A DNA stretch of 36,973 nt from Pseudoxanthomonas sp. (lineage in GTDB: Bacteria; Pseudomonadota; Gammaproteobacteria; Xanthomonadales; Xanthomonadaceae): positions 1-36,973 of the forward strand of contig JBDSUI010000100.1 in NCBI GenBank assembly GCA_039927795.1, read 5' to 3'. Under the pieces are notes generated by a model. It had not been told where the DNA came from. It saw nothing but the letters and a program-made list of their open reading frames with translations, and searched no databases. Shown here one piece after another: positions 7,805-16,748 of the stretch (position 1 is the stretch's first letter; the number at the start of each line of letters is the position of its first letter). Both the position numbers and the translations under genes were made by a program.

Positions 7805-8671
7805 ATGAAGTCCCGCAACAACAGCAGGCCCGACAACGATGACGACCAGCCGCGGCTGGCGGTCCTGATCGATGCCGACAACGCACAACCGTCGGTGATC
7901 GAAGGCCTGTTGGCCGAAGTGGCCAAGTACGGCGTGGCCAGCGTCAAGCGTATCTATGGCGACTTCACCAGTCCGCGCATGACCCAGTGGAAGGCGGCGC
8001 TGCTGCGGCATTCGATCAGCCCGGCCCAGCAGTTCGCCTATACCAGCGGCAAGAACGCTACCGACAGCTCGATGATCATCGATGCGATGGACCTGTTGTA
8101 TACCGGCCGCTTCAACGGCTTCTGCCTGGTGTCCAGCGACAGCGACTTCACCCGCTTGGCCCAGCGCCTGCGCGAGGAAGGCCTGACCGTATACGGGTTC
8201 GGGGAAAAGAAAACACCGGATCCCTTCGTCCGTGCCTGTGACAAGTTCATCTATACCGAAGTGCTGCGCATTGCGCCGGCGACCAGCGAAGCGGCCAAGC
8301 CAGCGCCTGCGAAACCGGCGAAGAAGGCGGCCAAGGCAGTCCCGCCCAAACCCGAGTCAGTACCTACGGCTGCCGTGGCGGCACCGGCACCGGCAGCAGC
8401 GCCATCTGAGCACCGGGACAAAGCGGTCGAACGCCTGCCGCTGGAGCTGATCCGCCAGGCCATCGAGGAAGCCTCCGACGATCAGGGTTGGGCGTTCCTG
8501 GGCAGCGTCGGCAGCTATCTGAACAAGATCCAGCCCGATTTCGATCCGCGCCTGTACGGCCACAAGAAGCTCAGCGACCTGTTCAAGCAGCTGCCCAAGT
8601 TTTTCGCCATTGACGAACGCAGCGTTGCCGGAGGTGGCAACAAGATGATTTACGTGCGGGTGGCCGGCTGA
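7805..8671 (+). CDS. NYN-domain (LabA/DUF88, PIN-like) protein with C-terminal OST-HTH/LOTUS domain
   Basis: LIDADN, RIYGD, GKNATD...IDAMD, LVSSDSDF; Ala/Pro/Lys linker; GWAFLGSVG...PDFDPRLYGHKKLSDL. GGAG RBS upstream. Confidence 0.9.
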   Translation: MKSRNNSRPDNDDDQPRLAVLIDADNAQPSVIEGLLAEVAKYGVASVKRIYGDFTSPRMTQWKAALLRHSISPAQQFAYTSGKNATDSSMIIDAMDLLYTGRFNGFCLVSSDSDFTRLAQRLREEGLTVYGFGEKKTPDPFVRACDKFIYTEVLRIAPATSEAAKPAPAKPAKKAAKAVPPKPESVPTAAVAAPAPAAAPSEHRDKAVERLPLELIRQAIEEASDDQGWAFLGSVGSYLNKIQPDFDPRLYGHKKLSDLFKQLPKFFAIDERSVAGGGNKMIYVRVAG

Positions 8672-8807
8672 ACGGATCGGCACGGCTACCCGCTTGCGGG
8701 CCACGGTCGGACGTGCGCGGGCTGGCTTCTTGACGTGGTTTTAACGTTTGGCCTTTACGGTAGCGGCTGCGTGTTGCCAGCAACACTTCGGCCGGACCCG
8801 GAATTCA

Positions 8808-10622
8808 ATGCAGTTACCCAACGATGCCCGTCTGTGGCGATGGGAGTGGCAGCTTCCCGTGCTGGGCGCGGCCATCCTGCTGATCGTCGTGGTCCCGGCC
8901 CTGGTCCTGCAATATCTGGCCTCGGAAAACCAGAAGGCCAACCAGGCGGTGATCCATTCCTACCAGGTCGGCGCCGCGGTAAGTGCCTTGCGGGTGGAGC
9001 TGCGCGAAGTCGAACAGTCGGCCATGATCGTGTCGATGGGGGCCGGCACGCAGCGAACCCGCGACCGCATTGAAGATGTCAATGACATTCTGGGTAAATC
9101 AATGCAGAAGGTCATCGACCTGACCCAGGACAACACCGCCCAGCAGATCCGGCTGGGCCAGCTGAAGGAGCTGATCGGCCGCCGTCTGGCGGTGAGCCGA
9201 CGCATTGCCCAGACCGCGCCCGAGCAGGCCAAGCCCTTGCTGCAGCAGCTGGTGCTGGAACTGCCCGTCTGGCCGCTGCTGGATGAAGTGCTGGATACCG
9301 AGCGGCTGCTGTTGGTCGAGCGCAGCCAGGCTGCCGAACGCCAGTATCGCCAGGCTGTGTGGCTGCGTTGGGGTGCGACCGTGGTGCAGGTGCTGCTGCT
9401 GGCCCTGGTGCTGTACCTGCTGCGCCGTCTGATGAGCCAGCGCCTGCTGGCCGAACGCGACTCGCAGCGCGCCAGCGCCCGGGCCATGGCCGTGCTGCAG
9501 ACCGTGCGCGAGCCCATCGTGCTGATGGACGGCGACCAGCACGTGATCATGCACAACGCCGCTTTCGCTGAACTCTATGACCTGCCGCAGGATGGCAGCG
9601 TGCATGCGCTGGACGAGGTCGGAGACGGCGCCTGGCAGGATCCAGTGATTCGCCAGCGCCTGGCCGACGTGCTGACCCGCGGCCGTGAGCTGTGGGACTT
9701 CGAGCACGAGCAGCGCACGACCGCCGGCATGCTGCGCACCATGCTGATCAACGCGCGATTGATGATCCTGCCTGACAAGGAGGATGGCGTGGTGCTGATG
9801 ACGCTCAGTGACATCAGTACGCAGAAAGCCACCCAGCAGCGCATCACCGACCTCAACCGCCAGCTCGAGGGCAAGGTGGACCAGATCTCGGACGTGAACC
9901 GCGAACTGGAGGCCTTCAGCTATTCGGTTTCGCACGACCTGCGCGCGCCGCTGCGCCACGTGGCCGGGTTCTCGGACAAGCTGCGCAGGCACCTGGGCGA
10001 AAGCGCCGATGAAAAAAGCCTGCATTACCTGCAGGTGATTGGCGATTCGGCCAAGCGCATGTCCGACCTGATCGACGACCTGCTGGTGTATTCACGCCTG
10101 GGCCGCAGCGCGCTGCGCCTGCAGGCGGTGGACATGCAGTCGCTGGTCGAGGAAACCCGTTCGATGCTGGAAGCCAATGCCAGGAATGAGCCCGATCATG
10201 AGAGCCACCGCATCGAGTGGAAGATCGCGCCCATGCCGATCCTGGTGGCCGACGAGAACATGATGCGGCAGGTCTGGCAGAACCTGCTGGGCAACGCGAT
10301 CAAGTACAGCGGCAAGCGCGCGGTGGCCACCGTCGAGGTGGACCATAGGCTGGAAGAAGATGGCAGCCACCACTTCAGCGTCAGCGATAATGGCGCCGGT
10401 TTTGATATGGAATACGCCGCCAAGCTCTTCGGCGTATTCCAGCGCCTGCACAAGGCCAGCGACTACGCCGGCACCGGCATCGGCCTGGCCAGCGTACGCC
10501 GGGTGCTCACCCGCCACGGCGGACGCATCTGGGCCGAGGCCGCCGTCGACCAGGGCGCCACGTTTCATTTCGTCATTCCACCCGCGCTTGATGCGCCCAA
10601 CACCCGAGAATCTTCCAGATGA
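8808..10622 (+). CDS. Membrane sensor histidine kinase (CHASE3 - PAS - HisKA - HATPase)
   Basis: Two TM segments flank a helical periplasmic region (DNTAQQIRL). H-box SYSVSHDLRAPLRH, N-box NLLGNAIKY, DNGAGF, LFGVFQRLH, GTGIGLA. Confidence 0.92.
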   Translation: MQLPNDARLWRWEWQLPVLGAAILLIVVVPALVLQYLASENQKANQAVIHSYQVGAAVSALRVELREVEQSAMIVSMGAGTQRTRDRIEDVNDILGKSMQKVIDLTQDNTAQQIRLGQLKELIGRRLAVSRRIAQTAPEQAKPLLQQLVLELPVWPLLDEVLDTERLLLVERSQAAERQYRQAVWLRWGATVVQVLLLALVLYLLRRLMSQRLLAERDSQRASARAMAVLQTVREPIVLMDGDQHVIMHNAAFAELYDLPQDGSVHALDEVGDGAWQDPVIRQRLADVLTRGRELWDFEHEQRTTAGMLRTMLINARLMILPDKEDGVVLMTLSDISTQKATQQRITDLNRQLEGKVDQISDVNRELEAFSYSVSHDLRAPLRHVAGFSDKLRRHLGESADEKSLHYLQVIGDSAKRMSDLIDDLLVYSRLGRSALRLQAVDMQSLVEETRSMLEANARNEPDHESHRIEWKIAPMPILVADENMMRQVWQNLLGNAIKYSGKRAVATVEVDHRLEEDGSHHFSVSDNGAGFDMEYAAKLFGVFQRLHKASDYAGTGIGLASVRRVLTRHGGRIWAEAAVDQGATFHFVIPPALDAPNTRESSR

Positions 10623-11059
10623 AAGCGATCCGTACCATATTGTTGGCCGAAGACAGTGCCGCCGATGCCGAAATGGCCGTCGACGCACTGCGCGACGCGA
10701 ACCTGGCCAACCCCATCGTGCACGTCGAGGACGGGGTGGAAACCATGGACTACCTGCTGCGTCGCGGCGCCTGGGCCGACCGTCCCGAAGGCCTGCCGGC
10801 CGTATTGCTGCTGGATATCAAGATGCCGCGCATGGACGGCCTGGAAGTGTTGCGGCAGGTGCGCAGTCATGAGCAGCTGAAGAAGCTGCCGGTGGTGATC
10901 CTGTCGTCCTCGCGCGAAGAAAGCGATCTGGCCCGCAGCTGGGACCTGGGCGTCAATGCCTATGTGGTGAAGCCGGTGGATGTGGACCAGTTCTTCCAGG
11001 CGGTGAAAATGCTGGGCACCTTCTGGGCCGTCATCAACGAAGCGCCGGCCAAGGACTGA
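10619..11059 (+). CDS. Single-domain response regulator (Rcp1-like)
   Basis: LLAEDS, LLLDIKMP, ILSSS, NAYVVKP and C-terminal FW. ATGA overlap with the kinase. Confidence 0.93.
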   Translation: MKAIRTILLAEDSAADAEMAVDALRDANLANPIVHVEDGVETMDYLLRRGAWADRPEGLPAVLLLDIKMPRMDGLEVLRQVRSHEQLKKLPVVILSSSREESDLARSWDLGVNAYVVKPVDVDQFFQAVKMLGTFWAVINEAPAKD

Positions 11060-11063
11060 TTGC

Positions 11064-12572
11064 ATGCCGCACACCGCCGCACCGCTGGGTCCGGTGCGCA
11101 TCCTGCAGATCGAGGATGCGCCGATGGACGCCGAGCTGATTTCCATGCAATTGCAGGACGCTGGCCTGGAGGCCGAGTTCATGTGCGTGGACTCGGCTGA
11201 CGGGCTGCGCCGCGCGATCAGCGATTTCCAGCCCGACCTGGTGCTTTCAGACCTCAGCATGCCGGGCTTCTCCGGGCATGAGGCACTGCGGCTGGTGCGC
11301 GAAAGCCTGCCGCAGGTGCCTTTCATCTTCGTGTCCGGGACCATGGGCGAGGAAACCGCGGTGCAGGCCCTGCAGCAAGGCGCCAGCGATTACATCCTCA
11401 AGGACAAGACCGCGCGCCTGCCGGCTGCCGCCGCGCGCGCCATCCGCGATGCTCGCAGCGATATCGAGCGCGGGCGCGTGGAAAAAGAGCTGTTGCGTTC
11501 GCAGCGCCTGGATTGCCTGGCCATGCTGGCGGCTGGCCTCAGCCACGATCTGCGCAACATCCTGCAGCCGTTGTTGATCGTGCCGGACCTGCTGGCCATC
11601 CACAGCGACAATCCCAAGGTCCACAAGCTGGGCCAGGTGATTTCCGAATGTGGCCGGCGCGGGCACGAGATGGCCGAGTCCATGCTCTCGTTCGTGCGCG
11701 GGTCGCCAGCGGCCAGCGAACGCTTTGCGGTGGCTTCGCTGTTCCCGGCCGTGCAAATGCTTCTGCAGGGCAGCCTGCCCCACGGCGTGCGTCTGCAGCT
11801 GGACCCGGTGCCCGAAGACCTGGTCGTCAATGCCAACTACACCGAGCTGCAGCAGGCCCTGCTCAATCTGGGCCTGAACGCCGTCCAGGCCATGCCACAG
11901 GGCGGCACCTTGACCCTGTCAGCCGATCGCACCGAAGTGGACGGCCTTGAACACGTGAGAATGAGCGTCACCGATACCGGCACCGGCATGGATGCGCAGG
12001 TCCAGGCGCAGCTGTTCACTCCCTTCTTCAGCACCAAGAGCGATGGCACCGGTCTGGGACTGATGTCGTGCAAGCGCATCGTGGAGACCTACCAAGGGCG
12101 TATTGCAGTGCATAGCGTGCTGGGCAGCGGCACCACCTTTGAAGTCCTGCTGCCGGTGGTCGATGAAGCCGACTACAGGCTGGAAGCCGTCGAGGGCCAC
12201 GGCCAGCGCATCCTGGTGGTGGACGCCGACGCAACGCGCCTGTCGCTGGTCGGCAACGCACTGAGCAGCCAGGGTTACGATCCCCTGCTCGCGCACAATG
12301 GCGTGATCGCATTGCGCGTTCCCGGCATCGAGATTCCCGAACTGCTGATCATCGACAGCGACATCCTTCAGGACACGGCGGTCAATCTGGTGCAGACCTT
12401 GCGCGATAAAGGCTTTGCTGGTCCGGTCATCGCCTTGGCCGACGCGGCCGCGCCCGTGGCGCAGGACAGTCTGGCCGATGACCTGTCGTTGCAGGTGCTG
12501 CACAAGCCGCTGGCCATGCGCCAGCTGTTTGCAGCGGTGGAACGCGCGCTGGGGGTGGCCAGGAGCCACTGA
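11064..12572 (+). CDS. Cytoplasmic hybrid kinase REC-HisKA-HATPase-REC
   Basis: N-terminal REC (IED, LSDLSMP, VSG, ILK); H-box GLSHDLRN; NLGLNA, DTGTGM, FFSTK, GTGLGL; atypical C-terminal REC. Confidence 0.9.
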   Translation: MPHTAAPLGPVRILQIEDAPMDAELISMQLQDAGLEAEFMCVDSADGLRRAISDFQPDLVLSDLSMPGFSGHEALRLVRESLPQVPFIFVSGTMGEETAVQALQQGASDYILKDKTARLPAAAARAIRDARSDIERGRVEKELLRSQRLDCLAMLAAGLSHDLRNILQPLLIVPDLLAIHSDNPKVHKLGQVISECGRRGHEMAESMLSFVRGSPAASERFAVASLFPAVQMLLQGSLPHGVRLQLDPVPEDLVVNANYTELQQALLNLGLNAVQAMPQGGTLTLSADRTEVDGLEHVRMSVTDTGTGMDAQVQAQLFTPFFSTKSDGTGLGLMSCKRIVETYQGRIAVHSVLGSGTTFEVLLPVVDEADYRLEAVEGHGQRILVVDADATRLSLVGNALSSQGYDPLLAHNGVIALRVPGIEIPELLIIDSDILQDTAVNLVQTLRDKGFAGPVIALADAAAPVAQDSLADDLSLQVLHKPLAMRQLFAAVERALGVARSH

Positions 12573-12644
12573 CGCAATCCTGCGCTCGGTGCGTCTGCAG
12601 TTCGTGTGAGCTGCGCTCTTTTGTAGCTCGTCCCTTTGCAACAG

Positions 12645-12705
12645 GGCCGGGAAAGCACCCGTTGAGGCGGCCTTGTTGACGCCGCTTCAACGCTGCGGCC
12701 CGGCC
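12645..12705. other. Long imperfect intergenic hairpin
   Basis: GGCCGGG (12645-51)/CCCGGCC (12699-705) encloses CGTTGAGGCGGC (12660-71)/GCCGCTTCAACG (12681-92; one G-U pair). Confidence 0.5.
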
Positions 12706-12827
12706 AGTCAATTCAAGCCTTGACCCAACGCCGCCGCCCACGGCAGCGCAATGTTCCGCACCGTGCTCGCAGTGGTACGCAACGCAGCGACTTCCTGTGA
12801 TCAGCTCGATCATGAGACTCTGTGCGC

Positions 12828-13427
12828 ATGAATGTTCGTCCCTCCGCGCCCTCCTGCGAGCGTAATCGCGGTCCGATCCTGCAAGTGCTCGGCCTTCACT
12901 TTGCGGCCCGCACCGGCGTGCTGGAAATTGCCAGCGGCACCGGCCAGCATGCGGTGCATTTCGCTGCGGCCATGCCCTGGCTGCAGTGGCAGAGTTCTGA
13001 TCGTGTCGAGCATCTGCCCGGCATACGCGCATGGCTGGACCATGCCGGCCTACCCAATACACCAGCGCCATTGGAGCTGGATGTGGCAACCGGCCCCTGG
13101 CCCAGCCAACGCTTCGATGCGGCCTTTACCGCCAACTCACTGCACATCATGGGCTGGGCCGAAGTGCAGGCCTTGTTCGCCGGGCTGGACCAGGTGCTGG
13201 CCAGGCAAGCCACGCTGGTGGTGTACGGCCCGTTCAATTACGGCAATGCCTTCAGCAGCGACAGCAACCGCGCCTTTGATGCGTCTTTGCGCGCGCGCGA
13301 TGCGCGCATGGGCATCCGTGATTTCGAGGCAGTCGATGCACTGGCGCGCACGGCAGGGTTTGCGCTGGTCGAGGATGTCGCCATGCCCGCCAATAATCGC
13401 TGCCTGGTCTGGCGTCGCGGTCACTAG
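12828..13427 (+). CDS. DUF938 family SAM-dependent methyltransferase
   Basis: SCERNRGPIL, VLEIASGTGQHA, WQSSD, ANSLHIM, YGPF, SNRAFD, GIRD, MPANN. Confidence 0.9.
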   Translation: MNVRPSAPSCERNRGPILQVLGLHFAARTGVLEIASGTGQHAVHFAAAMPWLQWQSSDRVEHLPGIRAWLDHAGLPNTPAPLELDVATGPWPSQRFDAAFTANSLHIMGWAEVQALFAGLDQVLARQATLVVYGPFNYGNAFSSDSNRAFDASLRARDARMGIRDFEAVDALARTAGFALVEDVAMPANNRCLVWRRGH

Positions 13428-13523
13428 CCTTTGCCGCAGGCGCAGATGACGCCTCGCCCACGCAGTTGTCTGTCTGATAGCGCGCCACCCAGAATGCCGG
13501 ATCGCCCGCAGCCCGGAACCCCC

Positions 13524-15434
13524 ATGTCGCGTCTCTACTTTCCCGCCTTGCTCGTGCTGTGCCTGCTGTTGATAGCGGCGCCGTCGTTTGCACAGGCCGC
13601 TGTGGACCGCGCCCAGGTGTCAGAACGCGACTACCCGGGTGTGATTGAGCTTGCGGTCGATGCCACCGACCTGTCGCGCCGCCTCTATCGGGTGCGCCAG
13701 CGCATGCCCGTGCAGCCTGGTCCGCTGACTCTGTGGTACCCGCAATGGATTCCCGGCAATCACGCGCCGACCGGGCCGATCAACCAGTTCGCCGGGCTGC
13801 GCATCACCGGCGACGGACACGACTTGCCGTGGAAGCGCGATCCGCTGGACATGTATGCCTTCCAGCTGCAGGTGCCCGCCGGCGTCGACCAGATCGAGAT
13901 TGAATTCCAGTCGCTGTCGCCCACGTCCGCAGCGCAGGGCCGGGTTGCGATGACCACCGCGCTGATGTCGGTGCAGTGGTCGCGGCTGCTGCTGTATCCG
14001 GCGGGCTATGACGCGCGCAAGGTGCGTTTCCAGGCCAGCCTGCGCCTGCCGGCCGGGTGGCAGTTCGGCACCGCGCTGCGGACCACACACAGTGAGCAGG
14101 ACCTGCATCACTTCCAGCCTCTGGCGCTGGTCGAGCTGATTGACTCGCCGGTGTATGCGGGCCGCCATTTCAGGCGCTTTGACCTGGATCCCGGTGCCCG
14201 GGTGCCGGTGCACCTGAACGTGGTCGCCGACGCGCCTGAGTTGCTGGAAGCGACACCCGCGATTCTTGCCGCACATCGCGCACTGGTGCAGCAGGCTGAC
14301 CGCGTCTTCGGCGCGCGTCCCTTCGCGCATTACGATTTCCTGCTTGCGCTGTCGGACCAGTTCAGTGGCATCGGCCTGGAACATCAGCAGTCCAGCGAGA
14401 ACGGCAGCTTCCCGGGGTATCTGACCGGCACCGCCCCGTTTGGTGACAACTACCTGCTGCCGCACGAATACGCGCACAGCTGGAACGGCAAGGCAGTGCG
14501 TCCGTCACTGCTGTGGACACCGCACTTCAACACGCCCATGCAGAACGAGCTGCTGTGGGTCTACGAGGGCCAGACCGAGTTCTGGGCGTGGGTGCTGGCC
14601 GCACGCGCCGGCCTGTATACGCCGGAGCAGGCCCGGGAAGTGCTGGCTGCCAATGCGGCGAGGATCGATCATCGCGCCGGCCGTCGCTGGCGGAACCTGC
14701 AGGACACGGTGTACCAGGGCATCGTCGACTTCAATGATGCGCCCCAGGACTGGGAAAGCTGGCAGCGCGGTTATGACTTCTACGACGAAGGCGCGCTGCT
14801 GTGGCTGGAGGTCGATACCCGCCTGCGCGAGCTGTCGCATGGCAAGCGCTCACTGGATGATTTCGCGCGCGGATTTTTCGGCGGCCAAGCCGGGCCGGGC
14901 GAGGTCGTTCGCTACGATTTTGCCGATGTGGTGCAGGCCCTGCAGCAGTTGCAGCCGCACGACTGGGCTGCCTACCTGCGCGCCCGCGTGGACAGCCACG
15001 GACCCGCCGCGCCGCTCGAAGGACTGGCACGCGCCGGCTGGACGCTGGTGTACACGGAGGTGCCGAACCTGGCTATCGCTGACGCCGAGGGTGACGGCGA
15101 CTACGACGACTTTCGCTATTCGCTGGGGCTGCAGATTGCCCACGACGGCGGCAGCATCACCGACGTGTTGTGGGACAGCCCGGCCTACCGCGCTGGCCTG
15201 GCCAGGGACATGCAACTGGTCGCCGTCGCGGGCATGGCCTACAACGCCGAGCGCTTGCTGCGCGCGATCGATATCGCGCGCAAGGATTCGCAGGCCATCG
15301 AATTGCTGGTCAAGCAGGGCGACGCCTTCCGCAGCGTGCGCATTGACTACCGGGGCGGCGTGCGTCATCCGCACCTGCAACGCATTGCAGCCACGCCGGA
15401 CCGGTTAACACGATTGCTCGCGCCACTGCAGTAA
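13524..15434 (+). CDS. M61 family glycyl aminopeptidase with C-terminal PDZ domain, exported
   Basis: Signal peptide (AFA-like cleavage site SFA|Q), WIPG, GLEH, HEYAHSWNGK zinc motif, LWVYEG, PDZ-like DSPAYRAGL. Start is uncertain (upstream in-frame alternatives). Confidence 0.9.
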   Translation: MSRLYFPALLVLCLLLIAAPSFAQAAVDRAQVSERDYPGVIELAVDATDLSRRLYRVRQRMPVQPGPLTLWYPQWIPGNHAPTGPINQFAGLRITGDGHDLPWKRDPLDMYAFQLQVPAGVDQIEIEFQSLSPTSAAQGRVAMTTALMSVQWSRLLLYPAGYDARKVRFQASLRLPAGWQFGTALRTTHSEQDLHHFQPLALVELIDSPVYAGRHFRRFDLDPGARVPVHLNVVADAPELLEATPAILAAHRALVQQADRVFGARPFAHYDFLLALSDQFSGIGLEHQQSSENGSFPGYLTGTAPFGDNYLLPHEYAHSWNGKAVRPSLLWTPHFNTPMQNELLWVYEGQTEFWAWVLAARAGLYTPEQAREVLAANAARIDHRAGRRWRNLQDTVYQGIVDFNDAPQDWESWQRGYDFYDEGALLWLEVDTRLRELSHGKRSLDDFARGFFGGQAGPGEVVRYDFADVVQALQQLQPHDWAAYLRARVDSHGPAAPLEGLARAGWTLVYTEVPNLAIADAEGDGDYDDFRYSLGLQIAHDGGSITDVLWDSPAYRAGLARDMQLVAVAGMAYNAERLLRAIDIARKDSQAIELLVKQGDAFRSVRIDYRGGVRHPHLQRIAATPDRLTRLLAPLQ

Positions 15435-15766
15435 TGGCTCCGGCAGCGCTTGATTCACCTGTGCAGGTACTGTTCGTGAGTTTATCCAATGCCGACAGGG
15501 GGCCAGGTCACGCGCGTATCCCGACCATGTGTTAACAAACTGGGTTTGCCGGGCCTGTGTGGCTGAAATGGATAACGCGCCAGCGCTAGCTCTCCGCAGA
15601 TCTTGTTGGTAAACGGTGAAGGGTCAAGCTGCAATCGGCCGCGTTGTCGATCACATTCCAGCTACAAGCGCTTAACCCGCATTGTCCGAACGTCAGCTCA
15701 GGGATTCGTCCCCTCAGGTGCGAAATGTCGCCCAGGCCACGAACCCAAGCTCAGGAGATTCAAACC

Positions 15767-16531
15767 ATGAACGACCATAAAGAAGGCAACGACCTCAACC
15801 GTGATCCGCTGACGGGTACCCCCGGTTCGCATCCGCTGGGTGTCGGCGTGGGCGGTGTGGCCGGTGGAGCTGCAGCCGGTGCCTTGGCTGGCACGTTGTT
15901 CGGGCCGATCGGCACGCTCATAGGCGCCGCCGTGGGTGTGGTCGCCGGTGCAGCCGCAGGCAAGGGCGTTGCCGAGCGCATCGACCCGACCGGTGAAACC
16001 GAATACTGGCGTAGTGAATACAAGAACCGCCCGTATGTGGACAGCAGCCGCGACTTCGATCGTGATTACGCCCCGGCTTATGGCTTTGGCTTGCAGGCAC
16101 GCGAGTTGCGTGCGGGACGCAGCTGGGACGATGCCGAGGAAGAACTGAAGCAGGGCTGGGACAGCGCGCGCGCCAAGTCCTCGCTGGGCTGGGATGAAGC
16201 CCGCGACGCGGTGCGTGATTCCTGGGATCGCACCGACCGCACCTACAGCACCTATGAAGACAGCGACCGTTATTTCGCTTCGAGGTTCGACAGCGCCTCG
16301 TACCGTGCTGGTGACGACAGCTTTGAAGACTATCGTCCGGCCTACCGCTATGGCACGCAGTCGCGTACCCGCTATGCCGACCGCGATTGGGATGACACGC
16401 TTGAGAACGAGCTCAAGGAAGGTTGGGAGAAGACCAAGGGCACCTCGCGCCTGACCTGGGAGCGGGCCAAGGCCGCGGTCAAGGATGCCTTCAGCTCGCA
16501 CGATGAGTACAGCCGCAACCGTCGCAGCTGA
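15767..16531 (+). CDS. Glycine-zipper hypothetical protein with two tandem copies of a Trp/Tyr-rich helical domain
   Basis: AGGAG RBS at 15753-57. NRDPLTGTPGSHPLGVGVG...GxxxG zipper, followed by a duplicated ~80-aa unit. Confidence 0.85.
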   Translation: MNDHKEGNDLNRDPLTGTPGSHPLGVGVGGVAGGAAAGALAGTLFGPIGTLIGAAVGVVAGAAAGKGVAERIDPTGETEYWRSEYKNRPYVDSSRDFDRDYAPAYGFGLQARELRAGRSWDDAEEELKQGWDSARAKSSLGWDEARDAVRDSWDRTDRTYSTYEDSDRYFASRFDSASYRAGDDSFEDYRPAYRYGTQSRTRYADRDWDDTLENELKEGWEKTKGTSRLTWERAKAAVKDAFSSHDEYSRNRRS

Positions 16532-16559
16532 TTGGCAACCTTAGTCAGTAGCAACAAGG

Positions 16560-16589
16560 AAGACCCCGCCTGGCGGGGTCTTTTCTTTT
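16560..16589 (+). terminator. Rho-independent terminator
   Basis: AAGACCCCGC-CTG-GCGGGGTCTT followed by TTCTTTT, about 30 nt after the stop at 16531. Confidence 0.9.
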
Positions 16590-16631
16590 GGCTTGCACAC
16601 TATTCGCCATTGAGTAGGGCGAGACAGCCGT

Positions 16632-16674
16632 GCAAACCGCCTCAGTGCACACCCTGTGCACTGAGGCGGTTTGC
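16632..16674. repeat. Perfect 20-bp inverted repeat with 3-nt loop
   Basis: GCAAACCGCCTCAGTGCACA-CCC-TGTGCACTGAGGCGGTTTGC, followed by GTTTAT. Confidence 0.85.
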
Positions 16675-16748
16675 GTTTATGCAGCGGCCACGCCAGATGC
16701 GGAATACTCTGGCTTGATGATGGCTTCCCCCGCTGTCGGGAATACCCA

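Noticed and set aside
7805-8671. NYN protein as part of a toxin-antitoxin or anti-phage island
   Set aside because: No antitoxin, defence or mobility genes nearby, and base composition looks like the flanking core genes.
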